From assembly GCA_043800705.1 (NCBI GenBank), contig JAZDMS010000019.1, positions 1 to 35,610 of the forward strand: a stretch of 35,610 bases of DNA, read 5' to 3'. Positions within the stretch are counted from its first letter, which is position 1. Each line of letters begins with the position of its first letter. The position numbers and the translations under genes were made by a program. Shown here one piece after another: positions 18,761 to 27,466 of the stretch. This stretch comes from Candidatus Altiarchaeota archaeon (GTDB taxonomy: Archaea; Altiarchaeota; Altiarchaeia; IMC4; SCGC-AAA252-I15). The notes beneath the pieces were generated by a model. The model was not told the origin of the DNA. It ran no database searches and saw nothing but the letters and a program-made list of their open reading frames with translations.

Positions 18761-19591
18761 TCAAGCACCCTTTATCGCGTCAGCTATCTGCGCCGCCTTC
18801 TTGCATTCGGCGACGTCGTGGACGCGTATGATGTTCGCCCCGTTGGCTATCGAGATCGCGACTGCGGCGAGCGTGCCTTCCATCCTGGCGTCGGCGGGCA
18901 GGCCGGTGATGTTCCCGATGAAGGATTTCCTCGATGGGCCGACGAGTATCGGGCAGCCGAGGGATCTGAACTCTCCGAGGTTCTTTATGAGCTTGAGGTT
19001 GTGTTCAGTGGTCTTGCCGAAGCCGATGCCGGGGTCTACGATGACGTCATCCACGCCGAGGTCGTGGGCCAGCTCGACGCGGCCCTGGAGGAAGAGTTTC
19101 ACCTCCTGGACGACGTCGGCATAGACCGGATTCGTCTGCATCGTCTGCGGCAGGCCTTTCATGTGCATGATGACGACGGGGACTTTCGCGTCGGAGGCGA
19201 CCTTTATCATCTTCTTGTCGGTCAGTCCCGTGATGTCGTTTATCATGTTTGCGCCGAGTTTTACGCACTCGGAGGCGACCTGATGCTTGTATGTGTCGAT
19301 TGATAGGGGGACGCCGGCCTCCTTCGCAAGGCGTTGGATGACGGGCCGCACCCTGTTGAGCTCTTCGCCTGCGGTGACCGACGGAGCCCCCGGCCTCGTG
19401 CTCTCTCCACCTATGTCGATTATGTCGGCGCCGTCCCTGACCATCCGCAGCGCGTGTTCGACTGCGAGGTCGGTGTTGACGTAGAGGCCCCCGTCCGAGA
19501 ACGAGTCCGGCGTCACGTTCAATACGCCCATGATGAGCGTTCGATCGAACCTGAGGGTGTGAGCCCCCGCACGGATGTCTTTGAGTGCCAT
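18761..19591 (-). CDS. folP: Dihydropteroate synthase
   Basis: IMGVLNVTPDSFSDGG, DIGGESTRPGA, SIDT, INDI, DPGIGFGK, SRKSFIG, IRVHDV. Confidence 0.97.
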   Translation of the reverse strand: MALKDIRAGAHTLRFDRTLIMGVLNVTPDSFSDGGLYVNTDLAVEHALRMVRDGADIIDIGGESTRPGAPSVTAGEELNRVRPVIQRLAKEAGVPLSIDTYKHQVASECVKLGANMINDITGLTDKKMIKVASDAKVPVVIMHMKGLPQTMQTNPVYADVVQEVKLFLQGRVELAHDLGVDDVIVDPGIGFGKTTEHNLKLIKNLGEFRSLGCPILVGPSRKSFIGNITGLPADARMEGTLAAVAISIANGANIIRVHDVAECKKAAQIADAIKGA

Positions 19592-19592
19592 G

Positions 19593-21224
19593 TCATTCCC
19601 TCGGCTTCATGCCGAAATATAGCGTCACCTTCGAACCCTGCGGCGAAGAGTCTATCGCAACGTCGCCGCCGTTGACGGCGCGTATCCTACGCCTGATGAG
19701 GTCTAGCCCCTGCGAAGGCTCGCCCGTGCCGCCCCGTCTGACGGTTTTATGGCCTCTCCAGGCCTCCAACACGCCTTCGGGGAATCCGGGGCCGTTGTCC
19801 GAGACTTCGACGAAGCCGATCTCATCCTCGTCAGAGTATCCTTTGGCGATGAAGTGTTTACGGATATCGGGGTGGTCGATGTCCAAGACCCTCCTTCTTC
19901 CAAGGCCCAGCCGCACAACCCCCTCATCTTCGCGGGCTACCGCTTTGCATGCGTTGTCTATGGCCAACTGCATGGACTCGGTCAGAGCCTGGCGGTTACC
20001 TTCGACTTTCAGAGGCTTAGAGTCCGCATTTTTTAGGAAATCCAGTTTCCCTTTTTTTCCGGCCCGCCCCATAAGTTCGGCGGCCATCGTGTCGACGGTC
20101 ATGTCCTCTGCATGAGACAGATCGATCATCCTGCCGGAAACGGAATAGAACCGCTCCTTGAAGCGTTCCATCGCCGGTCCGAACTCCTCATCGATGAGAA
20201 CGCGGACAGGCGCATCCTTATCGTATTTATCGTCAAAGCACGTGCATACCCCCATCAGATCGTTCAAGTATCTTTGCATCCCCCTCGAACCCATTATCCC
20301 GTGAGCCCAATGCTCGATATCCATCCGTCTGACGACCAATGAATCCCGGATCTCAGGGTATGTGTGATCCCAAGTCGATGTGAACTGATTTTTTATCCCC
20401 CACTCTCCCCCGCCGCCGTCCATCAAATCCTTGAGTTCCTGCTCCTTTCCAGGCAGCGGCTTCTCCTCGGAGACCGCCTTCCTCAGCTTCTCCTGGAATG
20501 CCCTGTTAGCGGAGACGAAAGCAAGGATCTCATCGGACGCCATCACGATGAGAGGGTCCAGCTTGCCTTCGGGGATGTTCAGAGCGGAGGCCGTCTCGAT
20601 GGTGGTCGCCATCTCCAGCAGCTTCGGCTCCCACCTGGCGCCCATCGTTTGCGCCCTGAGCATCGAGTCTAGGCCATTCACCAGGCGCTCGGGATGCAAG
20701 ACAACATCCTCCTTCGGGACGTAGCCCAACGGATACCTTCCCGTCCGGCTCAATGCCTCGCCTGCTGCCTCGTCCAGGTCAGCCATCGAATGCGCCCCAG
20801 TCAGTTTGGCGTTGAATTCAGCCCACTTGCCATGGCCTTGTCCTCCGGATACGACGACGATAGGGACTCTGACGCCCTTTAGGTTGGATAACCTGAGGGC
20901 AAGGTCGCCGCCCGATAGGCCGGGCATCTGCATGTCAAGGACGAGCAGATGAAGTTCCCCCTTCTTCGCAAGCTCCGCGGCCTCAGCCAATGCCTTGACA
21001 GGGTCGGTGCAGTATCTCACCCTTTCTTTATAGGGGCCGTCGAGGATCCGTTTTTCCGCAAGACACATAGACTCGGAATCGTCGACTATGTACACCCATT
21101 TGCCTGCTCTTAGCGATTCCCTTGAAAGCGGCTTAGGCTCGACCCTTACGGTTTCGGGCAGCTGTCCCATTTCAGGGGGTTTAATCGTCAGCCTGCGACG
21201 AGGGGTAATGGTGGCGGTAGCCAT
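19593..21224 (-). CDS. Divergent hybrid receiver-histidine kinase (REC plus HATPase)
   Basis: REC: IVDD, LVLDMQMPGLSG, VVVSG, K. HATPase: IDNACKA, VSDNGPGF, QGL, GSKVTL. No TM segment. Confidence 0.75.
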   Translation of the reverse strand: MATATITPRRRLTIKPPEMGQLPETVRVEPKPLSRESLRAGKWVYIVDDSESMCLAEKRILDGPYKERVRYCTDPVKALAEAAELAKKGELHLLVLDMQMPGLSGGDLALRLSNLKGVRVPIVVVSGGQGHGKWAEFNAKLTGAHSMADLDEAAGEALSRTGRYPLGYVPKEDVVLHPERLVNGLDSMLRAQTMGARWEPKLLEMATTIETASALNIPEGKLDPLIVMASDEILAFVSANRAFQEKLRKAVSEEKPLPGKEQELKDLMDGGGGEWGIKNQFTSTWDHTYPEIRDSLVVRRMDIEHWAHGIMGSRGMQRYLNDLMGVCTCFDDKYDKDAPVRVLIDEEFGPAMERFKERFYSVSGRMIDLSHAEDMTVDTMAAELMGRAGKKGKLDFLKNADSKPLKVEGNRQALTESMQLAIDNACKAVAREDEGVVRLGLGRRRVLDIDHPDIRKHFIAKGYSDEDEIGFVEVSDNGPGFPEGVLEAWRGHKTVRRGGTGEPSQGLDLIRRRIRAVNGGDVAIDSSPQGSKVTLYFGMKPRE

Positions 21225-21321
21225 AAGGATAATCTAGAGGGGATTGAATAAATATCTCTCCAAAAAGCGGTTACCTGCGCGAAACGAGAGGGTTTTTACT
21301 TACCTCGACGCTATGTGTATT

Positions 21322-21645
21322 ATGGATAAGACGTTTGATGTCACCGATGCGAGTTTCGACAAGGACTTAGCCAAGAACGACCTATTGGTCGTCGACTGCT
21401 GGGCGCCGTGGTGCGGCCCATGCCGGATGATAGCGCCGATACTCGACAGTATGGCGAAGGACTACGCCGGCAAGATAGCCTTTGGGAAGCTGAACGTCGA
21501 CGACAACCAGGGCGTCGCCGCCAAGCACGGGATAATGAGCATTCCGACGCTGCTCGTGTTCAAGGGCGGGAAGCTCGTGGACAGGATAACCGGCGCCATG
21601 CCCAGGCAGATGCTCGAGCCCAAGATTATCAAGCATCTGAAATAG
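21322..21645 (+). CDS. trxA: Thioredoxin
   Basis: WAPWCGPC, KLNVD, SIPTLL.FKGG; about 107 aa from ATG 21322. Confidence 0.95.
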   Translation: MDKTFDVTDASFDKDLAKNDLLVVDCWAPWCGPCRMIAPILDSMAKDYAGKIAFGKLNVDDNQGVAAKHGIMSIPTLLVFKGGKLVDRITGAMPRQMLEPKIIKHLK

Positions 21646-21773
21646 GCGCCAGACAGCGCACTGAATGGCCGGTATGCCATTTTGGGATAATCCAACCCAG
21701 ACACCCTTAGGAGCCGGTTAAAAAGCGGCCATGCGGCGACAAGGTCTTATACTCGGTTGCATATCACTAAACC

Positions 21774-22754
21774 ATGAGAATCGCCCAGACGTTGATTTTG
21801 GCTGTGATCTTGGCGTCTGCATGCCTGGACCAGGCGCAGACCGGCCCCGTCTGCAACAGGCCGTACATACTCGTCGGCTCGGGCTGCTGCCTGGACGATA
21901 ACTCGGACGGTGTCTGCGACAAGGACAAGCCCATATGCCAGAAGCCACATATCCTCGTCGGCGGCCAATGCTGCCCCGACGCGAACGAGAACAGCGTCTG
22001 CGACAAGGACGAGCAGCCCACCACGACCGCCTCGGCCACCACATTGACTGTCACGACGGTGACGACCGCGACCACCACATCGGCGACGACCAGCACCATC
22101 GTGTCCGACAGGGCATGCAACAGGGTGGAGGACTGCCCCTCATACGAGCAGATAAAATGCGACGACGACAAGAGGGTCGTCAACGACAGCTACGGGCCGA
22201 TAATGTGCTCGAAGGGCGTCTGCATATACAAGGCTACACGCGACATAGGCGCCGTCCACTGCTATGACTGGGAAGTCTGCGTCAACAACGTCGGCTGCGT
22301 AAGGAAGGAGGACACGACCACGACGACTACGTCGTCAACGGTCACATCTTCCACCGAGACCACGATACCGAAGCTTATCCAGGAGATCTTTGACAGGATA
22401 GCCAAGAGGGAAAGGGAATCCGCAGCCTCTGTCGTGACGTCTACCACACTTCCAGCGACATGCTTCGACGCCGACGGGGGGATGAAGGAGTTCATCTGGA
22501 GCGGCAACGTCACCGGCCGATTCGAATACAACGGCACCTTCCTATACGACTCGAGGGAGTACTGCCAGAGCGGCCAGAACCTCTTGGAGTTCTACTGCCT
22601 ATCCGGGCTCGTCCAAGGCAAGGTCATAACCTGCGAGAACAGCTGCATCGGCGGCAAGTGCTGCGTCCCGGAGGGCAGGCTATGCGAGGGGGACAAGGAC
22701 TGCTGCCGCGGCTCATGCCAGAGCGTAGGCCTGGAACAACACTGCGTAGGATAA
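21774..22754 (+). CDS. Cys-rich lipoprotein with Thr-rich linkers
   Basis: Lipobox-like LASAC; tandem C..P.ILVG..CC.D.N...VCDKD repeats; C.D.DGG module. Confidence 0.8.
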   Translation: MRIAQTLILAVILASACLDQAQTGPVCNRPYILVGSGCCLDDNSDGVCDKDKPICQKPHILVGGQCCPDANENSVCDKDEQPTTTASATTLTVTTVTTATTTSATTSTIVSDRACNRVEDCPSYEQIKCDDDKRVVNDSYGPIMCSKGVCIYKATRDIGAVHCYDWEVCVNNVGCVRKEDTTTTTTSSTVTSSTETTIPKLIQEIFDRIAKRERESAASVVTSTTLPATCFDADGGMKEFIWSGNVTGRFEYNGTFLYDSREYCQSGQNLLEFYCLSGLVQGKVITCENSCIGGKCCVPEGRLCEGDKDCCRGSCQSVGLEQHCVG

Positions 22755-22763
22755 ACTTTTCTG

Positions 22764-22881
22764 CCGCACTAGGGGCTCGTGTTTATAGGCGCACCGATAA
22801 TCCTCTTACAACCACCGGGTTACACCTCCGGGCGGGCGCGCATTGGTTCCTCATGCCCGTCCGGAAAAACCCCAATTGCAG
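22764..22881 (-). ncRNA. Candidate structured RNA (three-way junction), family unassigned
   Basis: Three helices can be paired by eye on the minus strand with several G-U pairs; lies between convergent genes. Confidence 0.3.
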
Positions 22882-22942
22882 TTCTTTTGAAAATATCTCC
22901 TCGCTTGTTGGCCGAAGCAATGACAGTGTAAGCAGATCGTAT

Positions 22943-23989
22943 TCACAGAAGTTTCTTTTTTATGTGTATTTCTGCCACTCCTATTGCTTCTTCTCCTGCG
23001 CCGCAGTAGAAGAGGTATGTTTTCCCGTCTGAGTCCTTGAATATGTAGGGATCCCTCAGCTGGTTCACGTGTTCTGGGGCTGAACCCTCAGTTGACTTCT
23101 GGGGTGCGATGTCTGAGCCCTCCCAGGGCATCTCGGCCCTGAGGATTTCCACTGGCGGGTGCGTTAGGGTCCAGTTGTTGTAGTCTCCCGTGCTAAGGTC
23201 CATTGTAGACATCAGTATTCGCTCGGGTGAATCGCCTATGCGGCTGTAGAAGACGTACAGGGTGCTTCCAGCCGCGATTACGGCGGCGTGCCGCAGAGTC
23301 ACGTTGGAGAGTCCCGCAGCGTCCAAACTCGTTTGGAACGGATTGTCCTGGCGCGTAGCCCATAAGCTTTCGGGGAAGCCCAATCCTGCGGGCGCTTTAT
23401 GCAATTGCCCGCCGCGGGATACTGCGTATGTGCTGCCGTTGTTTTGAAAAACCCTGAAGTAGGAGGATCCAATGATTACCGGCCGTATTCTGCCGTTGAA
23501 GTCAAGGCCGTCATCGGATGAGGCGGCAAAGGTCTTCTGTCCAACGTCCACACCATCGACCGTCGCCGGAGCGTGGAAGTACATGACAATGCTTTTGTTG
23601 GCGTTGTCCACTGTCACGTCAGGTGAGGCGACGTGGCCTTTCAAGAGGATTCCGTTGCCGATGCGAGTATTGCGGTCGAGGGCGAGGACGCCGCCGCCGT
23701 TATTATAGATGTGCCAAGGCCCCTGGATATCCTGCGCCCACGCCATCCTGATGTGCGTGCCGATGTGGCTTGCGAAGTACATGTAATATATCGCTTGGGG
23801 GTCGGGTCTGGATGCGGGCGATATCCAATCCGGAACGCGGATGACTGACGGGCCGTTGATGTTGCCGCCGAATGCCCCATCTATGATAGGCTGACCGCTG
23901 TTGAGCCGTGTAACATCAACATGAACGCTTTCCGTGCTGATGCATCCGCCCAAAAGGATTAACATCAGGCAGATTAAATGCGGGCGCAT
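22943..23989 (-). CDS. Lipoprotein, probable five-bladed beta-propeller glycoside hydrolase-like (GH43/32/130-like)
   Basis: LGGC lipobox; NGPSVI, YYMYFA.H, GPW, HVASPDV, S.DGLDF, QLRDPYIF...YLFY.GAGE. Confidence 0.7.
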   Translation of the reverse strand: MRPHLICLMLILLGGCISTESVHVDVTRLNSGQPIIDGAFGGNINGPSVIRVPDWISPASRPDPQAIYYMYFASHIGTHIRMAWAQDIQGPWHIYNNGGGVLALDRNTRIGNGILLKGHVASPDVTVDNANKSIVMYFHAPATVDGVDVGQKTFAASSDDGLDFNGRIRPVIIGSSYFRVFQNNGSTYAVSRGGQLHKAPAGLGFPESLWATRQDNPFQTSLDAAGLSNVTLRHAAVIAAGSTLYVFYSRIGDSPERILMSTMDLSTGDYNNWTLTHPPVEILRAEMPWEGSDIAPQKSTEGSAPEHVNQLRDPYIFKDSDGKTYLFYCGAGEEAIGVAEIHIKKKLL

Positions 23990-24027
23990 ATGATGCTATT
24001 GAGCGGACTGCGATTTTAATGCATGGC

Positions 24028-25401
24028 CTAGTTGATATACCCGAGCGCCTTCAGCCCCTCCAATGTTTTTTGGTCTAAGTCCACCCTCGACTCTTCCAGG
24101 TGAGTGCCTGTGTTGTTCACTTTAGCGATGAAATCCTCCAGCTCCTGAACTAACACATCCGCTGAAGGATTCCTAGACATCACATTGTTTTTCTCTCCCT
24201 CACCCTCATCTATCCTGTACAAGGCGTAAGTCGTGTTTTGGCAATTCGTCAGGCACTTGATGACCTTATACCTGCCGGTGATCAGGGATATGCTGGGGTT
24301 AGGCAATATAAGCCTCAGGTGCTGGCTCATAATCGGCCTGTCCGGCCTGTCTATTATTGTTTGGATCGGGTCGCCCATCATCCTGCTTGTTGTTGTGATG
24401 TTGAGCGCGTCTAGTATTGTCGGCATCACGTCTATTGTCTGGACTCTGGTTTTGGAGGTTGTGTTCGTCCGGTAGCCGGGTATCTTGACTATGAGGGGCA
24501 CCTCAATGACTTCGCCGTAGAGTCCGTTTGAGTGCTCTAATTGGCCGTGTTCAAGGAACATCTCCCCATGGTCTGCCATGAGTATGATGATTGAGCTGTT
24601 GTATATGCCTTCCGCTTTCAACCTGCCTATGAATTCCCCTATTTTGGAGTCGACGAAGACTATCTCGTTGTCGTAGAAGGTCTTCAACTGCTCCAGCTCC
24701 TGCGGGTTATTTGTGAAGTATTTTCTATTATACGTCCCAGTATACGGCCTATCCCCTGTCACACTGCCGTTGTAATCTTTGTTAAAATATTTGTAATACT
24801 CGCCTGGGGCCGTGTATGGTGCATGGGGGTCTAGGTAGTGCACATAAAGGAAAAAAGGCATTGGATAGTTCCTCATCTGCCCGAACACTATCCTGTTTAT
24901 GTCTGCGGCGTCCGTCCTATTAGTGTCATTCCAGTCAATAAACCCTTGATTAAGGTTGAAATTCGCCCATATTGCCGCGTTCGAATTCACTGCATAGGTG
25001 CCGTAGCCATTTTCCTTCAATATCTCCGCCAACGTCGTGAAGTTCCCATTCAGGCCCTGTTCGTTATCTATCGCATTGTGCTGGCTGGGGTATAGTGACG
25101 TGAAAAGCGAGGCAATGGACGGCTTTGTCGAGGGGGAGTTCGCGAGCATCTCCCTGAAGAGAACCCCATCCTCTGCGAACTTGCAGATGTTTGGTGTGGT
25201 GTTGCGTCCGTATCCGAGGCAGGATACGTGATCCGCGCGCAAGGCGTCGACTACAATAATGACCACGTTACAGTCTATGCATCTTGGATTAGCCTCCAGC
25301 ATAGCCGCTTGTGGAGCCTCCCTGGCAGCAGGCAATAACATCAGCGCCATAACTGCCGCAGCAAACGCGGCCAAAGTAATAATCCAAATTTGCCTGCCCA
25401 T
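24028..25401 (-). CDS. Membrane-anchored sulfatase-like (alkaline phosphatase superfamily) hydrolase/transferase
   Basis: VDALRADH, STKPSIASLFT.LYP..H, HYLDPH.PY, ADHGE, H..LY, C-terminal LKALGYI. Confidence 0.88.
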   Translation of the reverse strand: MGRQIWIITLAAFAAAVMALMLLPAAREAPQAAMLEANPRCIDCNVVIIVVDALRADHVSCLGYGRNTTPNICKFAEDGVLFREMLANSPSTKPSIASLFTSLYPSQHNAIDNEQGLNGNFTTLAEILKENGYGTYAVNSNAAIWANFNLNQGFIDWNDTNRTDAADINRIVFGQMRNYPMPFFLYVHYLDPHAPYTAPGEYYKYFNKDYNGSVTGDRPYTGTYNRKYFTNNPQELEQLKTFYDNEIVFVDSKIGEFIGRLKAEGIYNSSIIILMADHGEMFLEHGQLEHSNGLYGEVIEVPLIVKIPGYRTNTTSKTRVQTIDVMPTILDALNITTTSRMMGDPIQTIIDRPDRPIMSQHLRLILPNPSISLITGRYKVIKCLTNCQNTTYALYRIDEGEGEKNNVMSRNPSADVLVQELEDFIAKVNNTGTHLEESRVDLDQKTLEGLKALGYIN

Positions 25402-25520
25402 TAAGGTCCCTATATTGGCTGGCCGGTTAAAAAACGGTGCCGGACATGCTCAATAACCATTCCGCAGGGTTACCAAAGGGAGCCCGGCACTTTTTTAAGT
25501 TCGCATTCGAATCCTATTGC

Positions 25521-25724
25521 ATGGCTGACCAGGCCCCCAGACGCCTCTTTCGAAGCGGACAGAACAGGATGATCGGCGGAGTCCTCGGAGGCATCGGGGA
25601 ATACCTCGACGTCGACCCCGCTGCGGTGAGGGCCGCTTATGTGATAGTCGCTGTCCTGACTGGGATCATGCCGATGATACTGGCCTATATCCTGCTCCTT
25701 TTTATCATCCCGAAGAAGCCGTGA
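25521..25724 (+). CDS. PspC-domain protein
   Basis: RLFRS..NRMIGGVLGGIGEYLDVDP..VR...AYI...IIP. Confidence 0.9.
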   Translation: MADQAPRRLFRSGQNRMIGGVLGGIGEYLDVDPAAVRAAYVIVAVLTGIMPMILAYILLLFIIPKKP

Positions 25725-25725
25725 G

Positions 25726-27006
25726 TCAACCCTGTCGGGCTGCCTTGACCCATTCCTTCCCCTGCCGCACCAGAATGTCGAGTGCCGCCTTCGTCTTCCC
25801 CTCGGCGGTTATCCGCACGTAGTCCTCGGTGCCTGAGGGGCGAAGCAGTATCCATCCGTCGTCTTCCGTGATGCGGATGCCGTCGACGTCGGAGTAGGTT
25901 CTGCCTTTGAGGAGCTTCCTGAGCCCGTCCATTATCGTCTCCTTCTCCTGGGGCTGGCAGGGTATCTTGACCCTCTCCATCGGATATGATGGGATCTCCT
26001 TCACGAGCTTGTAGAACGTCCCGTCCGCGACGAGCTTCGTCGCCTTCGCGACCGCGGCCACGCCGTCGGGGAATATGTGGACGTCCGGGAATATGTATGT
26101 GCCGCTGGGCTCCCCGCCGAAGCCTGCCTTGTGCTTCCTGATGCCTTCCGCGACCGCGACGTCGCCCACCGCCACGCGATAGACTTTGTCGCAGAATTCC
26201 TCGATCCGCATCGACGCGTCCACGGTGGTGACGACCTTCTTCGACCCTGATGCGAGGACTGTGAGGAACGTGTCCCATTCGATGAGCCTCCCGTCGCGGC
26301 CTATGGCGCATGTCCTGTCTGCGTCGCCGTCGTGTGCGAATCCGATGTCCACACCCGCCTTCTCTACGAGCCTGCAGGTGTCTTTGAGGTTGTCGGCCGT
26401 CGGCTCAAGGGGGTGGGGGAATGTGCCGTCGCGGTTGACGTTGACCGCCTCCACCTCGCAGCCCATCCTTCCCAGTAGCATCGGCGTGATGACGCTGCCT
26501 GCGCCGCCGGCGCAGTCCAGGAGGACCTTGAGCCCGTCGGCTTCGCCGACCCTGGCCAGGATGAGGCGGATGTGCGCACCGACGTAGTCGGCTTCCTTTA
26601 CGGACCCCCTGCCCGTCTTGAACCTCTTCGATCTGAAGAGCTCCTCTACCTCGTCTTCCGCTTCGGGGCCGTATGCGCCCCTTTTGTCGAAGAACTTGAA
26701 TCCGTTGTATTCGGGGGGATTATGGGATGCGGTGACTACCACGCCGCAGCCGAGCTCTGCCGTGGCGACACCGACCGTGGGGGTGGGCACGAGACCGACC
26801 TTCACGACGTTCCGACCGGCAGAGGTGAGCCCGCCTATGAACGCCTTCTCCAATCTCGGCCCGCTCTGGCGGCAGTCGCGGCCGACGGCGACCTTGGATT
26901 CGATACAGGAGCCGAGGGCTTTCCCGAGGTCTGAGGCGAATTCATCAGTGAGATCTTCGACCCTCTTCCTAACACCTGAGGTGCCAAAAAGACGAGACAT
27001 ATCCAT
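25726..27006 (-). CDS. glmM: Alpha-D-phosphohexomutase (phosphoglucosamine mutase/PMM-PGM)
   Basis: LFGTSGVR, TASHNP, DGDADR, GGEPSG, RPSGTE; exact substrate uncertain. Confidence 0.8.
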   Translation of the reverse strand: MDMSRLFGTSGVRKRVEDLTDEFASDLGKALGSCIESKVAVGRDCRQSGPRLEKAFIGGLTSAGRNVVKVGLVPTPTVGVATAELGCGVVVTASHNPPEYNGFKFFDKRGAYGPEAEDEVEELFRSKRFKTGRGSVKEADYVGAHIRLILARVGEADGLKVLLDCAGGAGSVITPMLLGRMGCEVEAVNVNRDGTFPHPLEPTADNLKDTCRLVEKAGVDIGFAHDGDADRTCAIGRDGRLIEWDTFLTVLASGSKKVVTTVDASMRIEEFCDKVYRVAVGDVAVAEGIRKHKAGFGGEPSGTYIFPDVHIFPDGVAAVAKATKLVADGTFYKLVKEIPSYPMERVKIPCQPQEKETIMDGLRKLLKGRTYSDVDGIRITEDDGWILLRPSGTEDYVRITAEGKTKAALDILVRQGKEWVKAARQG

Positions 27007-27060
27007 AAATTAGCCTTGACCCTAAATAAGGGATTTTTACTATGATATAATATCAATTAT

Positions 27061-27462
27061 ATGGCTAAGCTGACCGCAGATGACAGGGCCCTAATAGGAA
27101 AGGCGAAGGCGCTTGTCAGGAAGAGGAATGTGACGGGGGGTATTATTGGAGAGGTCGGCTCCTGCCTCCGGGCAGATGACGGCAGCCTATATTCCGGAGT
27201 CAGTCTGGACTTGTGGTGCGGCGTCGGATTCTGTGCGGAGCATTCCGCCATTGCCGCCATGGTCTCAAACAGCAAGGCGACGGGGTTAGATACAATCGTT
27301 GCCTGCACCGATAAGGGAGTCATTCCACCGTGCGGCAGGTGCAGGGAGATGATGCACCTCATCGACGGAAGAAATAGAAAAAACACTTGGGTGATAGTCT
27401 CAAAGTCGGAGAAGAAGAGACTCATGGAGCTTCTGCCAAGACACTTCTGGATAAGGGACTAA
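27061..27462 (+). CDS. Cytidine deaminase-like protein (three-Cys zinc type)
   Basis: CAE..AIA and PPCGRCRE motifs; C-terminal ELLP. Confidence 0.88.
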   Translation: MAKLTADDRALIGKAKALVRKRNVTGGIIGEVGSCLRADDGSLYSGVSLDLWCGVGFCAEHSAIAAMVSNSKATGLDTIVACTDKGVIPPCGRCREMMHLIDGRNRKNTWVIVSKSEKKRLMELLPRHFWIRD

Positions 27463-27466
27463 ACCA

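Noticed and set aside
22764-22945. SECIS-directed readthrough of the upstream TGA, or 5S rRNA
   Set aside because: The readthrough peptide is unremarkable, no clear archaeal SECIS motif is present, and 5S consensus motifs are absent.
21713-25433. Repeated GCCGGTTAAAAA at 21713 and 25422
   Set aside because: Only 12 bp and partly a TATA-like tract; insufficient evidence for a shared regulatory site.
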